From an uncultured delta proteobacterium (lineage in GTDB: Bacteria; Desulfobacterota; Binatia; UBA9968): a stretch of DNA of 64,000 nt. Positions within the stretch are counted from its first letter, which is position 1. Every line of letters begins with the position of its first letter. Under the pieces are notes generated by a model, which had not been told where the DNA came from, made no database searches, and saw nothing but the letters and a program-made list of their open reading frames with translations. This document shows positions 30,710-41,555 of this stretch, in pieces. Both the position numbers and the translations under genes were made by a program. The stretch is taken from positions 239,176 through 303,175 of the forward strand of contig CAVTUQ010000026.1 of assembly GCA_963737905.1 (NCBI GenBank). Reading direction: 5' to 3'.

Positions 30710-31417
30710 TTAGCTCGCCGTGCGTGGCCGCTCTTGCCGGAGTTGTTCCTTCACTTCTTCCAGCTTCATCACGTCGGAATATTTGTGATGCAGGTCGAAC
30801 AGATTCACCTTGTGAGAAAGGGGGCTCCGGTCGAAGACGCACTCTTCGACGATCGATACGTGATAACCCAATGAGTAAGCATCAACGCAACTGGCGCGCA
30901 CGCAGCCGCTGGTGCTTTCGCCGCAGACGATGAGGCTGTCGATGCCCAATTGGGTAAGATGAGCCACCAGCGGCGTACCGAAAAATCCACTCGCACGTTC
31001 TTTGAAGATGACCACGTCGCCCGGTTCGGGTTTGAACTCTTCCTTGATCTCGAACGCTTGGGGATCAATCTTCACCCGCTGGCGGTTAGTTGCATAGATC
31101 GTGTCCGGTTTCGCTTCTTTGCGAGTTTCGGTGGTGGTGTAGAAAACCGGAATCTTGAGCGAGCGCGCCAGGGCGAAGAGTTCCTCTGTCGGCTTGATGG
31201 CGTTGTGGGCATAAATGCCGCAAGAACTTTTATGCGTCTTGACCAGTTCGTGCGGTTCCTTCGGTCCACCTTCGTAAGCGAGATTGTAGAGGTCGATGGC
31301 CAGGAGCGCGGGCCGCTGGCCGACGTAGGTCTCGCGATGATAGGGTGTGTAGGTCTCGAGAATTTCCGGTGTCACGATATCCTTCCAGCAGTGGTCTTCA
31401 AAGTTTTCGATGGTCAC
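30710..31417 (-). CDS. Isochorismatase/cysteine hydrolase family (N-carbamoylsarcosine or maleamate amidase-like)
   Basis: PALLAID, KERASGFFGT, GESTSGCVRASCVDA; GTG start after GGAGG. Confidence 0.9.
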   Translation of the reverse strand: MTIENFEDHCWKDIVTPEILETYTPYHRETYVGQRPALLAIDLYNLAYEGGPKEPHELVKTHKSSCGIYAHNAIKPTEELFALARSLKIPVFYTTTETRKEAKPDTIYATNRQRVKIDPQAFEIKEEFKPEPGDVVIFKERASGFFGTPLVAHLTQLGIDSLIVCGESTSGCVRASCVDAYSLGYHVSIVEECVFDRSPLSHKVNLFDLHHKYSDVMKLEEVKEQLRQERPRTAS

Positions 31418-31582
31418 GATGAACCTCCTAGTGTTGTTCGTGGGTGAAAAAGCTGCTGTCACCCGCGGGAAGGATCCATCTAACTTTAGCCTCCTAGAGT
31501 TGTCAAGGCAGCTGTTTGTTTGCATAGCCTTCCAATATCCGTTACTTTTCAAAGTTCAATCTCACTCCACCACGGACCAGCC

Positions 31583-32866
31583 TTGGCTTCTGACAGCACG
31601 ACAATAAACGGAGAAACTTCCGCGGTTTCGCATAAGAGAGTCGCTTTTGCGGCTTTGCAACATCGTGACTTCCGTAGGTTTTTTGTCACCACCATGCTGG
31701 CCATGATGGCGGACAACATCGAACATGTTATCAGCTACTGGTTGTTGTTTCAGAAATTTCACTCGCCGGTGTTGGCGGGCTTCGCCGACATCAGTCACTG
31801 GGCGCCATTTTTGTTGCTTTCGGTCTATTTTGGCGGGGTCGCGGACCGTTACGATTGCCGGAGACTCATTCAGTTAGCGCAGATCATGTACATGGCCGTG
31901 TCAGTGGCGTGGGCGGTTCTATTCTATACTCAAACCATTCAGATATGGCATGCGTCGGTTCTGCTCGTTCTTCACGGGATTGCCGGAGTTTTGTGGACTC
32001 CCGCCGAACAGCTCATCATCCATGACATTGTGGGAGCGGAGCATATTCAAAGCGCGGTGCGACTCAACGCGACCAGCCGCCAGCTCGGCATACTTTTCGG
32101 TCCGGCAGTGGGCGCAGGTTTGATGTTGCTGCTGGGACCCTCCATGGCTCTTTTAGCGAACGCGCTCATTTATTTGCCGATGACGCTGTGGTTGCTCGTG
32201 GTCCCATACACGGGACACCTCCGCGAGGGGGCGCCGCCAAAGCGAGCCATCGGCTGGAAGGATGCCATCAGTGTGGTCCGTGAGGTTTGGCACCATCGCC
32301 CGATCATTACGATGGTGATTTTGGGAGGCAGCGCGTCGTTGTTCGTCGGCAACGCGTTTCATACGCAGATGCCGGAGTTCGCTCATGACCTCGGCGCAGG
32401 CAAGGCGGATTTCACCTACAGCGCCTTGCTGGTAGCCAGTGCGGCCGGAGCTGTTTTTGGCGGCTTCTTGCTCGAAGGGAAGGGCTGGCTTAAAGCGAAC
32501 GTCCGGACCGCGATCACCTGCGCCATGATGTGGTGCGCGTTGATCACGGCGTTTGCGTTCTCCAGGAACTATTTTTTCTCGCTGGCGCTCTTATTTTGCG
32601 CCGGGATCTTGAGTCTCTCCTTTTATTCGACCGCGCAAGCGATCGTACAGCTGCTTGCGCCGGCCCATCTGCGCGGTCGGCTTATCGGACTTTTCAGTAT
32701 GTCCGCCTTCGGGTTGCGAGCTTTTAGCGGAGTGACTGTTGGGGTCGTCGGCGGATGGATTGGGATTCACTGGTCCCTGGCCATCAGCGCGATGGCATTG
32801 ATGACGGTGACCTTTGCGTTATTCGCGTTTGCCGCTCCCGCGCGCGGTGGCGGTGAGTTTAGTTGA
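31583..32866 (+). CDS. MFS transporter, paralog 1
   Basis: AFAALQHRDFR, GGVADRYDCRR, LRGRLIG, about 12 TMs; start codon uncertain. Confidence 0.88.
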   Translation: MASDSTTINGETSAVSHKRVAFAALQHRDFRRFFVTTMLAMMADNIEHVISYWLLFQKFHSPVLAGFADISHWAPFLLLSVYFGGVADRYDCRRLIQLAQIMYMAVSVAWAVLFYTQTIQIWHASVLLVLHGIAGVLWTPAEQLIIHDIVGAEHIQSAVRLNATSRQLGILFGPAVGAGLMLLLGPSMALLANALIYLPMTLWLLVVPYTGHLREGAPPKRAIGWKDAISVVREVWHHRPIITMVILGGSASLFVGNAFHTQMPEFAHDLGAGKADFTYSALLVASAAGAVFGGFLLEGKGWLKANVRTAITCAMMWCALITAFAFSRNYFFSLALLFCAGILSLSFYSTAQAIVQLLAPAHLRGRLIGLFSMSAFGLRAFSGVTVGVVGGWIGIHWSLAISAMALMTVTFALFAFAAPARGGGEFS

Positions 32867-32977
32867 AACACTGCGCCACGCTCGCCGCCAAAAGGTGCGT
32901 GGTCCTGATCTTCATTTGCACCCCTATAGTTTATCCGTTACTCTACCGAGTTAATCTCAACGAAGGTAGTGACAACC

Positions 32978-34264
32978 ATGGCATCAACCGCCAACGAAGT
33001 AAGTCAAGACAATGCAATCGGCTCCGGAAAAAAAATCGCCTTCGCCGCGCTCCATCACCGGGATTTCCGTATTTATTTCGTCGCGACGATGCTTGCGATG
33101 ATGGCCGATAACATCGAACACGTCATCAGCTATTGGCTCTTATATCAGAAATTTCATTCACCTGTGCTTGCCGGGTTTGCCGTGCTTGTGCACTGGACGC
33201 CGTTTTTGGTTTTTTCGGTTTATTTCGGCGCTATGGCTGACCGCTATGATTGCCGGAAAGTCATTCAAATTGCGCAGATCATGTATATGGGAGTATCGGC
33301 AGCATGGGCGTTCTTATTTTTTACGGACACCATCGAAATCTGGCACGCCTGCGTGCTGTTGACTATTCACGGCATGGCCGGCGTGCTTTGGGCACCGGGC
33401 AGCCAATTACTGATTCATGACATCGTTGGCTCGGAGCAATTGCAAAGCGCGATACGGCTTAATTCCACGAGCCGGCAAATGGGAGTCCTGTTCGGTCCGG
33501 CCGTGGGCGGCGCCCTGATGCTGCTTTTGAGCCCGCCGATGGGGCTGGTGGTGAATACCCTTATCTATTTGCCACTGACCCTGTGGTTGCTGACGGTGCC
33601 TTATACCGGCCATAGTCGCGAACGCGCGGCGCCGGCAAGACGAGCCATCGGTTGGCGCGACGCTATCGATGTCATCCGCGAAGTTTCTGGAAACCGGCCG
33701 ATCATTACCATGGTTGTATTGGCCGGCTGCGTGTCATTTTTTGTCGGCAGCGCGTTCCAAGCAACCATGCCCGAGTTTGCGCACGATCTGGGTTCGGAGA
33801 AAGCTGACTTGGCCTACAGCGCGCTTCTCGGTGCCAATGCCGCAGGGGCGGTGATCGGCGGGTTCATGCTCGAGGGACGCGGCTGGTTTCCGCCGCGGGT
33901 CAGTACCGCGATGATCAGCGCGATCCTGTGGTGTCTCGCGATCACTGGATTTGCGCTCTCCACTAGCTATTATTTGTCGCTGCTGCTTCTCTTCACGGCT
34001 GGAGTGTTGAACCTGACCTTTTCCTCCATGGGGCAGACAATCGTGCAACTCCTATCGCCGCGCGAGCTTCGTGGCCGTCTCATTGGCTTGTTCGCCATGG
34101 CCAGCATGGGGCTGAAAGCGTTTAGCGGCGTCACGGTGGGTGTAGTGGGGGGATTGATCGGCGTGCACTGGTCGCTGGCCCTGAGCGCAATGGTGCTGCT
34201 GGCTATCACAGTCGCATTGTTCGCCTTCACGATTCCCGGACATCGACAAGGGGAATTCGGCTAA
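32978..34264 (+). CDS. MFS transporter, paralog 2
   Basis: Same motifs as paralog 1 (MADNIEHVISYW, GAMADRYDCRK, LRGRLIG). Confidence 0.9.
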   Translation: MASTANEVSQDNAIGSGKKIAFAALHHRDFRIYFVATMLAMMADNIEHVISYWLLYQKFHSPVLAGFAVLVHWTPFLVFSVYFGAMADRYDCRKVIQIAQIMYMGVSAAWAFLFFTDTIEIWHACVLLTIHGMAGVLWAPGSQLLIHDIVGSEQLQSAIRLNSTSRQMGVLFGPAVGGALMLLLSPPMGLVVNTLIYLPLTLWLLTVPYTGHSRERAAPARRAIGWRDAIDVIREVSGNRPIITMVVLAGCVSFFVGSAFQATMPEFAHDLGSEKADLAYSALLGANAAGAVIGGFMLEGRGWFPPRVSTAMISAILWCLAITGFALSTSYYLSLLLLFTAGVLNLTFSSMGQTIVQLLSPRELRGRLIGLFAMASMGLKAFSGVTVGVVGGLIGVHWSLALSAMVLLAITVALFAFTIPGHRQGEFG

Positions 34265-34373
34265 CAGGCCGAGCGTTGAAGCCGTTCAAATAGTTCAAGC
34301 CGTTCAAATTGTTCTACACGAGCCTCGCCCTGACGCCCGGCGATTTGTGCCTTTATCACAATTCCAAGAAAAG

Positions 34374-35668
34374 ATGACTACGGATCATCAGCTAGCAGAT
34401 CACCAACCCAGTCCACGAGACAGATTGCCTTTGCGGCGTTGCACCATCGCGACTACCGGCGATATTTTTTCGTGATCATGCTGACGCAAATGGGAGACAA
34501 CATCGAACATGTGATCAGTTACTGGTTACTGTTCCAAAAGTTTCACTCGCCGGTCCTGGGGGGCTTTGCGGTCATCAGCCATTGGACGCCCTTTTTATTC
34601 TTTGCGGTTTACTTTGGGGCGCTCGCCGACCGTAACGACTGCCGTCGGGTGCTTCAAGCCGCCCAACTGATGTACGCCGGGGTCTCGCTAACATGGGGAA
34701 TTCTTTTTCTTACCGATACCATTCAAGTGTGGCACGCCTGCGTTCTATTGGTGATACATGGCATGGCCGGAGTCGTGGGAGGACCTGGGAGCCAACTCAT
34801 TATTCACGACATCGTTGGGCGTGAGCACCTGCAAAGTGCGGTGAGGCTCAATTCCACCGGACGTAACATTGCGGTGCTTTTCGGACCGGCGGTGGGCGGA
34901 GCAACGATGCTGCTTTTCGGGCCGCCGGTCGGACTTTTCATTAATGCTCTGATGTTCCTGCCAATGTTCATCTTTATGTTCATCTTGCCCTACACCGGCC
35001 ACGGCCGGGATGACGCCGGGAGTAGTAGAGCGCCGCGGTTTAGTTTAAGGAGTGCGATTCAGTTGATGCGAGAAACCGCGGCGAATCCGACGATTCTTTC
35101 CATGATTCTCCTAGGTGGGGCGACATCGTTACTCGTCGGCAACGCTTTCCAGGCTCAAATGCCGGAATTTGCCCACGACTTCGGTCACGAAAAACAAAAT
35201 TTGGCTTACAGCGTGTTGCTGGGTGCCAATGCCGCAGGCGCCGTGATCGGTGGCCTTCTGTTGGAAGGTACCGGGCTCCTGAGGCCCAATGCACGCAATG
35301 CGGCGATCTGCTCGATCCTTTGGTGCATGGCCATCGGCGGGTTCGCCGTTGCCACGAGTTATCCGCTGGCGGTAGCGTTGCTTTTTTGCGCGGGTTTTCT
35401 CAATTTGACCTTTCTCTCCATGGCGCAAACTCTCGTGCAGCTCGGGGCGCCAGCTCAACTCCGTGGACGATTGATCGGTCTATTCAATACGTCGAACAAC
35501 GGTCTTAGAGCTTTTAGTGGAGTAACGGTCGGTGTGATCGGAGGACTGATCGGAATTCACTCGTCGCTTGCCATCAGCGCCATGATATTGTTGGCCGTAA
35601 CCCTCGTGTTGTTTGCGTTGGTTATTCCCGGACGAGGAAGCGAGGAATATAGCCACCCACTCGGATAG
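34374..35668 (+). CDS. MFS transporter, paralog 3 (probable indel near 5' end)
   Basis: IAFAALHHRD precedes 34439 in frame but has no in-frame ATG; ATG 34374 is out of frame. Confidence 0.85.
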
Positions 35669-35671
35669 CTT

Positions 35672-36652
35672 TTAGCGAGCCGTCCCACTTCTCCTGGGCT
35701 CGGAGAAATCGCCTGACGATGGGTGGTCTTTTTCCTTGAGAGCGCGATAGCTATCGAGCAGCCGTTTTTTCTCTGATTCACTTATACCGATTTGCGGGCG
35801 GCGGACGGTGGCAGTATCGATCAAGCCTTCGTGCTCTAGAATGATTTTGATCCGTGCCACGGCTTCGACGATGGGTTCGCTGAAAATCAGCTCTTTTAAG
35901 GATTCTAGCTCTTTTTGAATAGCCGCCGCGTTTTCAAAATCGCCGGCGCGCCCGGCGCTATCCATCGCTGCCCACTTCTCCGTCGCTACATTCGACACAC
36001 CGATCAGCGCGCCCGAAGCGCCGAGCCGATAACTCTCGGCGACGAAGCGATCGTTGCCGGTGAGGACTTCCATGCTCGCGTTTTGGCGCTCCAATTGCTG
36101 CATGGTGTCTTCGAACAGTTTTATGTCGAAGGAGGCTTCTTTGAAGGCGACGACTTTTTCCAACTTGGCGATGCGGCAGATGGTTTCGACGTCATACCAG
36201 TAGCTCTTGACTGGGATCTGAAAGAGCACCAGCGGCAAATTTGTGTCGCGCGTAAGATCTTCGAAAAAACGGAATTTGAGCTCTCCTTCCACTTTACCCC
36301 AGGCAAAAAGCAAGGGCGGGAAAATCATGACCGCATCCACCGGCAGTGTTTCCAGGTCGCGCACCAGATCGATGGCCTCGTCGGTGGATTGCGGCGTCAT
36401 GGTTGCGATGTGAACCCGGCCGGCTTTGTGCGCTATTTTGCCGACGCTCTCATAGACGCGGCGTTTCTCCTGCACGGTGAGGACCGGCCCCTCGCCGATC
36501 CGCGCGCAGGATACCAGCCCGGCAACGCCATTCAGGGACGCGAAGTGGGTGGTCAAGCGATCGAGGCTTTCCATATCCAAAGCACCTGACTCGTCGAACG
36601 GGGTTACGTAAGGGATGAATAAACCGCGAAAGCGTTCTTGAAGGTTTTGCAT
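35672..36652 (-). CDS. Dihydrodipicolinate synthase/N-acetylneuraminate lyase family aldolase
   Basis: PYVTPFD, GEGPVLT, Schiff-base FKEAS, LTGND. Confidence 0.88.
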   Translation of the reverse strand: MQNLQERFRGLFIPYVTPFDESGALDMESLDRLTTHFASLNGVAGLVSCARIGEGPVLTVQEKRRVYESVGKIAHKAGRVHIATMTPQSTDEAIDLVRDLETLPVDAVMIFPPLLFAWGKVEGELKFRFFEDLTRDTNLPLVLFQIPVKSYWYDVETICRIAKLEKVVAFKEASFDIKLFEDTMQQLERQNASMEVLTGNDRFVAESYRLGASGALIGVSNVATEKWAAMDSAGRAGDFENAAAIQKELESLKELIFSEPIVEAVARIKIILEHEGLIDTATVRRPQIGISESEKKRLLDSYRALKEKDHPSSGDFSEPRRSGTAR

Positions 36653-36771
36653 TGACTTCTCCGTTAGGCGAACATTCAGCCTGGGAAAATCACTTGAATT
36701 TTCTGGCTACATTAGTAGAACAGAAGGACGGTTGGGTCAAGCTGAGATCAGGATAAAGGGGAACCTTCGTC

Positions 36772-38334
36772 ATGCCTGAAAAGATTTCGTGTCGCGATCT
36801 GGCAGATTTGATGGCTTCAGAAACTTTGTACGCCGTATTCGATGTCCGCGAGCGGGGCGAGTTTAATGTGGGTCAGATTGCCAACGCGATCTCTTTGCCG
36901 CGGAGCCAGATCGAATTTCGCATAGCCGAACTGGTGCCTAACCGGCGGATTCCCATTGTCGTTTACGATGAAGGCGAAGGGCGGGCAACCCTAGGCGCGC
37001 AGAGTCTCGCTGAATTCGGTTATGAGAATGTCTCGATCCTGGAGGGCGGACTGCCGGGATGGCGAAAGGAGTTGCTCCTAACAGTCACCGGCGTCAATGT
37101 TCCCAGCAAAGCCTTTGGCGAAAAGGTTCATCATGAAAGAACCATTCCCGAAATCTCCCCTGAAGAACTTGGAAACCTGAAGGACCGGGGCGCCGATCTG
37201 ATGATCTTTGACGTAAGAACCCCCGAGGAATACGGCCGTTTCTGTATCCCCGGGGGTCTCAATGTTCCCGGCGGAGATTTGATCTTGTGGGCGGAGGCTT
37301 TGAGGCAAAAGCCCGAGACGACTGTCGTGGTTAACTGCGCCGGGAGGACCCGCAGTATTATCGGCACGGCAGGGTTACTGCGGTTGGGCTTAAATAACGT
37401 CCGCGCGCTAAGAAACGGCACCATGGGTTGGCTATTGGCAGGATTGGAACTGGAGACACCGCCGAGCAGGATAACGCCTCCGCCGCCTGACGAAAGCCGC
37501 ACGCAAGGCCGAGAGATCGCGCTGCGGATTGCCGAGGAGGAGAGGATTTCCTGGATTTCAGCCCGCGCCCTAGTCGACTCATTGGCGAAAAATGAGATTA
37601 CCTATCTTATCGATGTGCGATCCGAAAGTGAATATGAGGACGGCCACATGCCAGGTTCGCTTAATGTCCCTGGCGGGCAGGCCGTGCAACGCACGGACGA
37701 CTTCGTGGCTGTGAAAAATGGACGGATCGTCTTTGTCAGCAATCAGTCGGCGCGGGCGGTCATGGCCGCTTATTGGTACGGCCAAATGGGCTTTCGGGAT
37801 GTGAAAGTTTTACAAGGCGGTCTTGAAGCTTGGCGCAAGAACGGTGGCGGAGTGGAATCTGGCGTATCGCAAAAGGAACCTCTTGGATTTGAGGCGGCGA
37901 AGAAACTTGCGCGCGCGCTCGGACCTGGCGAGGCGAACTCGTTGTTGCAAAGTTCATCGGTCAGCGTTCTGCACGTCGGCAGCAGCGCCGATTTTGCAGC
38001 GGCCCATCTGACCGGCAGCAAGTGGATTTCTCGCGGTTGGTTGGAGCTCAAACTCCCAGCCTTGTTAACCGATAAAGCCCAGTCCATTGTGCTTTCGTGC
38101 CGTGATGGGCGAAGCTCAACGCTCGCGGCGCGAACGCTTGCAGAAATGGGTTACACGGAAGTTTTTGTTTTGGATGGTGGTGTTGAAAGGTGGGCACGCG
38201 CCGGCTATTCGACCGAGAGAGGCCTCGAATCCTGTCTGGTGGATCCTAACGATGTGGTATTATCCCCTTCGATCAAAGGAGACAAGGAAGCGATGCGGCG
38301 TTACCTGGAATGGGAAATCAAGCTCACGCCATGA
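36772..38334 (+). CDS. Four-domain rhodanese/sulfurtransferase
   Basis: Repeated DVR...E(F/Y)...G-x-I/H motifs, GVNVPSKAFGE, NCAGRTRS, LEGG/LQGG/LDGG, C-terminal MRRYLEWE. Confidence 0.9.
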   Translation: MPEKISCRDLADLMASETLYAVFDVRERGEFNVGQIANAISLPRSQIEFRIAELVPNRRIPIVVYDEGEGRATLGAQSLAEFGYENVSILEGGLPGWRKELLLTVTGVNVPSKAFGEKVHHERTIPEISPEELGNLKDRGADLMIFDVRTPEEYGRFCIPGGLNVPGGDLILWAEALRQKPETTVVVNCAGRTRSIIGTAGLLRLGLNNVRALRNGTMGWLLAGLELETPPSRITPPPPDESRTQGREIALRIAEEERISWISARALVDSLAKNEITYLIDVRSESEYEDGHMPGSLNVPGGQAVQRTDDFVAVKNGRIVFVSNQSARAVMAAYWYGQMGFRDVKVLQGGLEAWRKNGGGVESGVSQKEPLGFEAAKKLARALGPGEANSLLQSSSVSVLHVGSSADFAAAHLTGSKWISRGWLELKLPALLTDKAQSIVLSCRDGRSSTLAARTLAEMGYTEVFVLDGGVERWARAGYSTERGLESCLVDPNDVVLSPSIKGDKEAMRRYLEWEIKLTP

Positions 38335-38446
38335 GCAAGCGAGCTTGTTCAAGGTTCAAAGTTCAATGTCTTCTGATCGTTTTGGGAGGAGTAGGCTTTG
38401 CCCTAACTTTGAACTTTGAACGTTGAACTTTGAACCCGTCGGCAGA

Positions 38447-39013
38447 CTAGCAATTCTGGTATTTCGGGCTTGCGAAAGTTTTCACACCATCGTTGGCGAC
38501 ATCGAAACGCTGCCGCGGCATCTCTGCCAGATCTTTACCGTAGACATGGATTTCCACGGTGTTCCGATCCGAGACATTGTTCATCTCATGAATGTCGTCG
38601 TCCGGCGGGACCAGACAGGAAACCATCCCGGCGGTATTTCTCAGCACGTTTTTAACCTCCAGCTTAGCGTAGCCCGCCTTGGAGCCATCGTCCAAGCGGT
38701 GAAAGCGGGTCTCCTGAATTTCGTTCTCGACCACTCCGACCAAACCCCATGTCTCGTGATTGTGCGCCTTGGCGGCATCGCCGGGTCCCCAGACGACGGC
38801 CGTAACGTTGAATCGGGGCGAGCGGTGGAGCATGTAGCGCCCGTACTCCATGGCGGGCCGCTTCTTAAACTTCGACTCAATGCAGTCTGGACGCTCCACG
38901 AGCTTGGCCAGCAAAGGGCTCGCGGCGGCGACGATAGTTGCCGGCGAATTTTCTCCGCGGGTAATATCATCCATATCGTGGATGAAACTTTGTAACGAAT
39001 ATTCCTGCGCCAT
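38447..39013 (-). CDS. Cysteine/3-mercaptopropionate dioxygenase family (thiol dioxygenase) protein
   Basis: VVWGPG...AHNHETWGLV, DIHEM, IHVYG three-His cupin. Confidence 0.85.
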   Translation of the reverse strand: MAQEYSLQSFIHDMDDITRGENSPATIVAAASPLLAKLVERPDCIESKFKKRPAMEYGRYMLHRSPRFNVTAVVWGPGDAAKAHNHETWGLVGVVENEIQETRFHRLDDGSKAGYAKLEVKNVLRNTAGMVSCLVPPDDDIHEMNNVSDRNTVEIHVYGKDLAEMPRQRFDVANDGVKTFASPKYQNC

Positions 39014-39016
39014 AGA

Positions 39017-39469
39017 CTATTTTCCGTGGACACTGAGAACCGGACAGTGAGCCGTTGAAACGACTTTGTTGGCAACGCTTCCCATGAGAAGCTTGGAAAG
39101 GCCGGTCCGTCCGTGGGTTCCGATAACTATCAGGTTCGCTCTTCGGCCCTTGGCAGCTTTGACGATCTGCTCGTGAGCGGTACCACGGAGCAAAAGACTT
39201 TTGGCGTTGACCTTCAATTGTCGTAGTTTTTCCATGAGCTTTTTCATGGAGGTTTCAGCCTCTTGCTTGGTCGTCTCTTCCAACTTCATGTAGAGCTCAG
39301 CGCCGCCAATCTCCTCCCCCGCAACGTACGATGGCACGACATCGATGACGTGCAAGACCAACAGTTCCGCATGATTCTGCTTAGCCAAAGCGACGGCTTC
39401 GTCGAGGGCACGAGCCGACGCTTTGGAGTAATCCGTAGCGTAGAGAATCTTGCTAAAATGTTGCGCCAT
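39017..39469 (-). CDS. Universal stress protein
   Basis: ILYATDYS, LIVIGTHGRTG, GSVANKVV...CPVL. Confidence 0.93.
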   Translation of the reverse strand: MAQHFSKILYATDYSKASARALDEAVALAKQNHAELLVLHVIDVVPSYVAGEEIGGAELYMKLEETTKQEAETSMKKLMEKLRQLKVNAKSLLLRGTAHEQIVKAAKGRRANLIVIGTHGRTGLSKLLMGSVANKVVSTAHCPVLSVHGK

Positions 39470-39492
39470 TGGTTTCCTCTAGCAGGACGCGA

Positions 39493-40587
39493 TTACGCCG
39501 AGGCTTGAGCAGCCGCGGCGGCCGTAGCAATGCCCTCCGGGATCCTAGCCAAATCGAGATTGTAGAGTCTACAGACGTTTGTCGCCAAAACCTTGGTCTG
39601 GGTTTCCAGCGGCAGGTGCCCGATATCTCGCTGGATGATCTTGAGGGAGTTCGGCCAGGTGGAGTTCGGATGCGGGAAATCGTTGGACCACATGATGTTG
39701 TCCTGGCCCCACCATTCTAGATTATGACCGCAAACCGAATCGTTGAAGAAGCAGGAGTAGACTTGGTTATGGACAAACTCGCTTGGGTTCTTGGTGATCG
39801 GTGGCGGATTCTGTTTGCGGAAGCGATTGTAGTAGTAGTCCCACTGTTGAACGATCCAGGGCAGCCAGCCGCATTCGTTCTCGACCGTCACGATCTTGAG
39901 CTTCGGATATCTCTCCAGGACGCCATAAAAAACCAGCTCGAAGAGGCCATTGGCGATGTCCATGAGCTTAAGGTTGACGCTACCGCGGTAACGCTCAACG
40001 CCCTTTCTCTCCTTATCCTTGTTGTAGCTGTGGCCGGTCAAAATGTGCAAGCTCACAGGGGTATCCAGGTCCTGCGCCGCCGACCAGAATTTATCATAGT
40101 GGCTGGAATGAAACGGAAGATCCGGATGAGGCGCCTGCCAGATAATGGCGCCTTTGAGGCCGGCTTTGTGGCAACGTTCCAGCTCTTTGATGCCAACATC
40201 GATATTATAGACGGGAATCGCCGGAATACCGATCAACCGGTTGGTATCGACGCTGCAGTAATCGATTAGCCAATCGTTATAGACCCGGAAACACGCCTCC
40301 TGCATGCCGGCATCGTCGAGAGCAAACAGATCCAGCATCAGAGTCGGATACAATACCTCGGCGCTGAGACCATCTTTTTCCATTTCCTTGATTCGCGCGT
40401 GGGGATCCCACCCGCCGGCGTGATGTTGGAATCCTTCGCCCACTTTGTGGGGTGGAAAGAGCGGAGCGTCGGCGCGGTATTTTTCCGGAACGCCTTTCTT
40501 CCAAAGATCCACGGGTTCCATTACGTGGGAATCCGATGAAATGATGACACCTTCGATCCCTTGAGCATGACCATTACCTGCCGCCAT
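39493..40587 (-). CDS. Amidohydrolase_2 family protein
   Basis: SSDSHVMEP, YNDWL, SLH, ENECGW, WSNDFPH; ATG 40587 after GGAGG. Confidence 0.9.
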   Translation of the reverse strand: MAAGNGHAQGIEGVIISSDSHVMEPVDLWKKGVPEKYRADAPLFPPHKVGEGFQHHAGGWDPHARIKEMEKDGLSAEVLYPTLMLDLFALDDAGMQEACFRVYNDWLIDYCSVDTNRLIGIPAIPVYNIDVGIKELERCHKAGLKGAIIWQAPHPDLPFHSSHYDKFWSAAQDLDTPVSLHILTGHSYNKDKERKGVERYRGSVNLKLMDIANGLFELVFYGVLERYPKLKIVTVENECGWLPWIVQQWDYYYNRFRKQNPPPITKNPSEFVHNQVYSCFFNDSVCGHNLEWWGQDNIMWSNDFPHPNSTWPNSLKIIQRDIGHLPLETQTKVLATNVCRLYNLDLARIPEGIATAAAAAQASA

Positions 40588-40757
40588 TTTTTTCCCCTCC
40601 TTGTGTATGATCGTTTTTGTTTCGTTGACCTCTTGACCGCAGCTTATGCGATAGAAGGGTGACCTGTCAATTACGCGATGTCTGTACGTCATTCGGTTCG
40701 TTTCGCTCCCCGCATTAACGGCTTGAACGACTAGAACGGTTTGAACGGCTGGAACCG

Positions 40758-41398
40758 TTATTTCCTCCAGAGCGATGCCAACCACGGTTGCTGCGCGCGG
40801 GGAACACCTGGCGGCCGGTAGTAGTGAGTGATTTCGGTAAAGCCTGCTTCAGTCACCAACTCGCGCCATCGTTCTAAATTGTAATAGACACCATAGCGCT
40901 CGCCATTCCAGCCTTCCTCGTTATCGCCCCGGGGATTTGAGCTGAAGAGCACACCGTTTGTTTTTAATGTAATCCAAAGGTGTTTTAGAACTCGCGGCAA
41001 CTCCTGGCTCGGGACGTGAAAGAGGGCTGCGTTGGCGAAGATGCCGTCGAAGTATTCTGACGGAAGCTCAAGGCTGAGAAAGTCCTGATGCCACACCTCG
41101 CAACCGCTGTATTGGCGCGCAAATTCTACGAAGCGCTCTGCTCCTTCGAGGCCGATTGCCTTGTGGCCGAGGTCGCTAAAAACTTTCAGATCGCGCCCGG
41201 GCCCGCACCCAAAATCGAGGACTCACAATGGCCCTTCACCTGAAGATGCTCCAGAAGAGCGTCACGATTCTGGGTCACATCATGATCGCGCGTGCCTTTC
41301 CAGAAACTATCCGCATGCTGATTGTAGTGGCCGAGAGTGATCGATGAAGTCTGCGCGAGTTGTTCCGCGCTGAGGATGGGTGCCTGACGTATTCGCAT
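40758..41398 (-). CDS. Class I SAM-dependent methyltransferase, frameshifted near 41220-41240
   Basis: HYNQHADSFWKGTRDHDVTQN in one frame and VLDFGCGPGRDLK...FDGIFANAALFHVP in another. Confidence 0.8.
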
Positions 41399-41555
41399 AC
41401 CGTGGAAGCAGACGGTTGTAAAGTGCCTTGTACCTGTCGAATAATGGCAAGCCATCGTCTCGGATTCAATACAACGACTGTGGATTGGGTTAAGTTAGAC
41501 GCCGCTGTACCGCCAATGATAGTATGTCGAACAACTCACTTTTGGAGGTTAAGTC

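Noticed and set aside
41222-41230. TGA just before VLDFGCG in the methyltransferase
   Set aside because: Coincides with a frameshift and is not at a conserved Cys, so an indel explains it.
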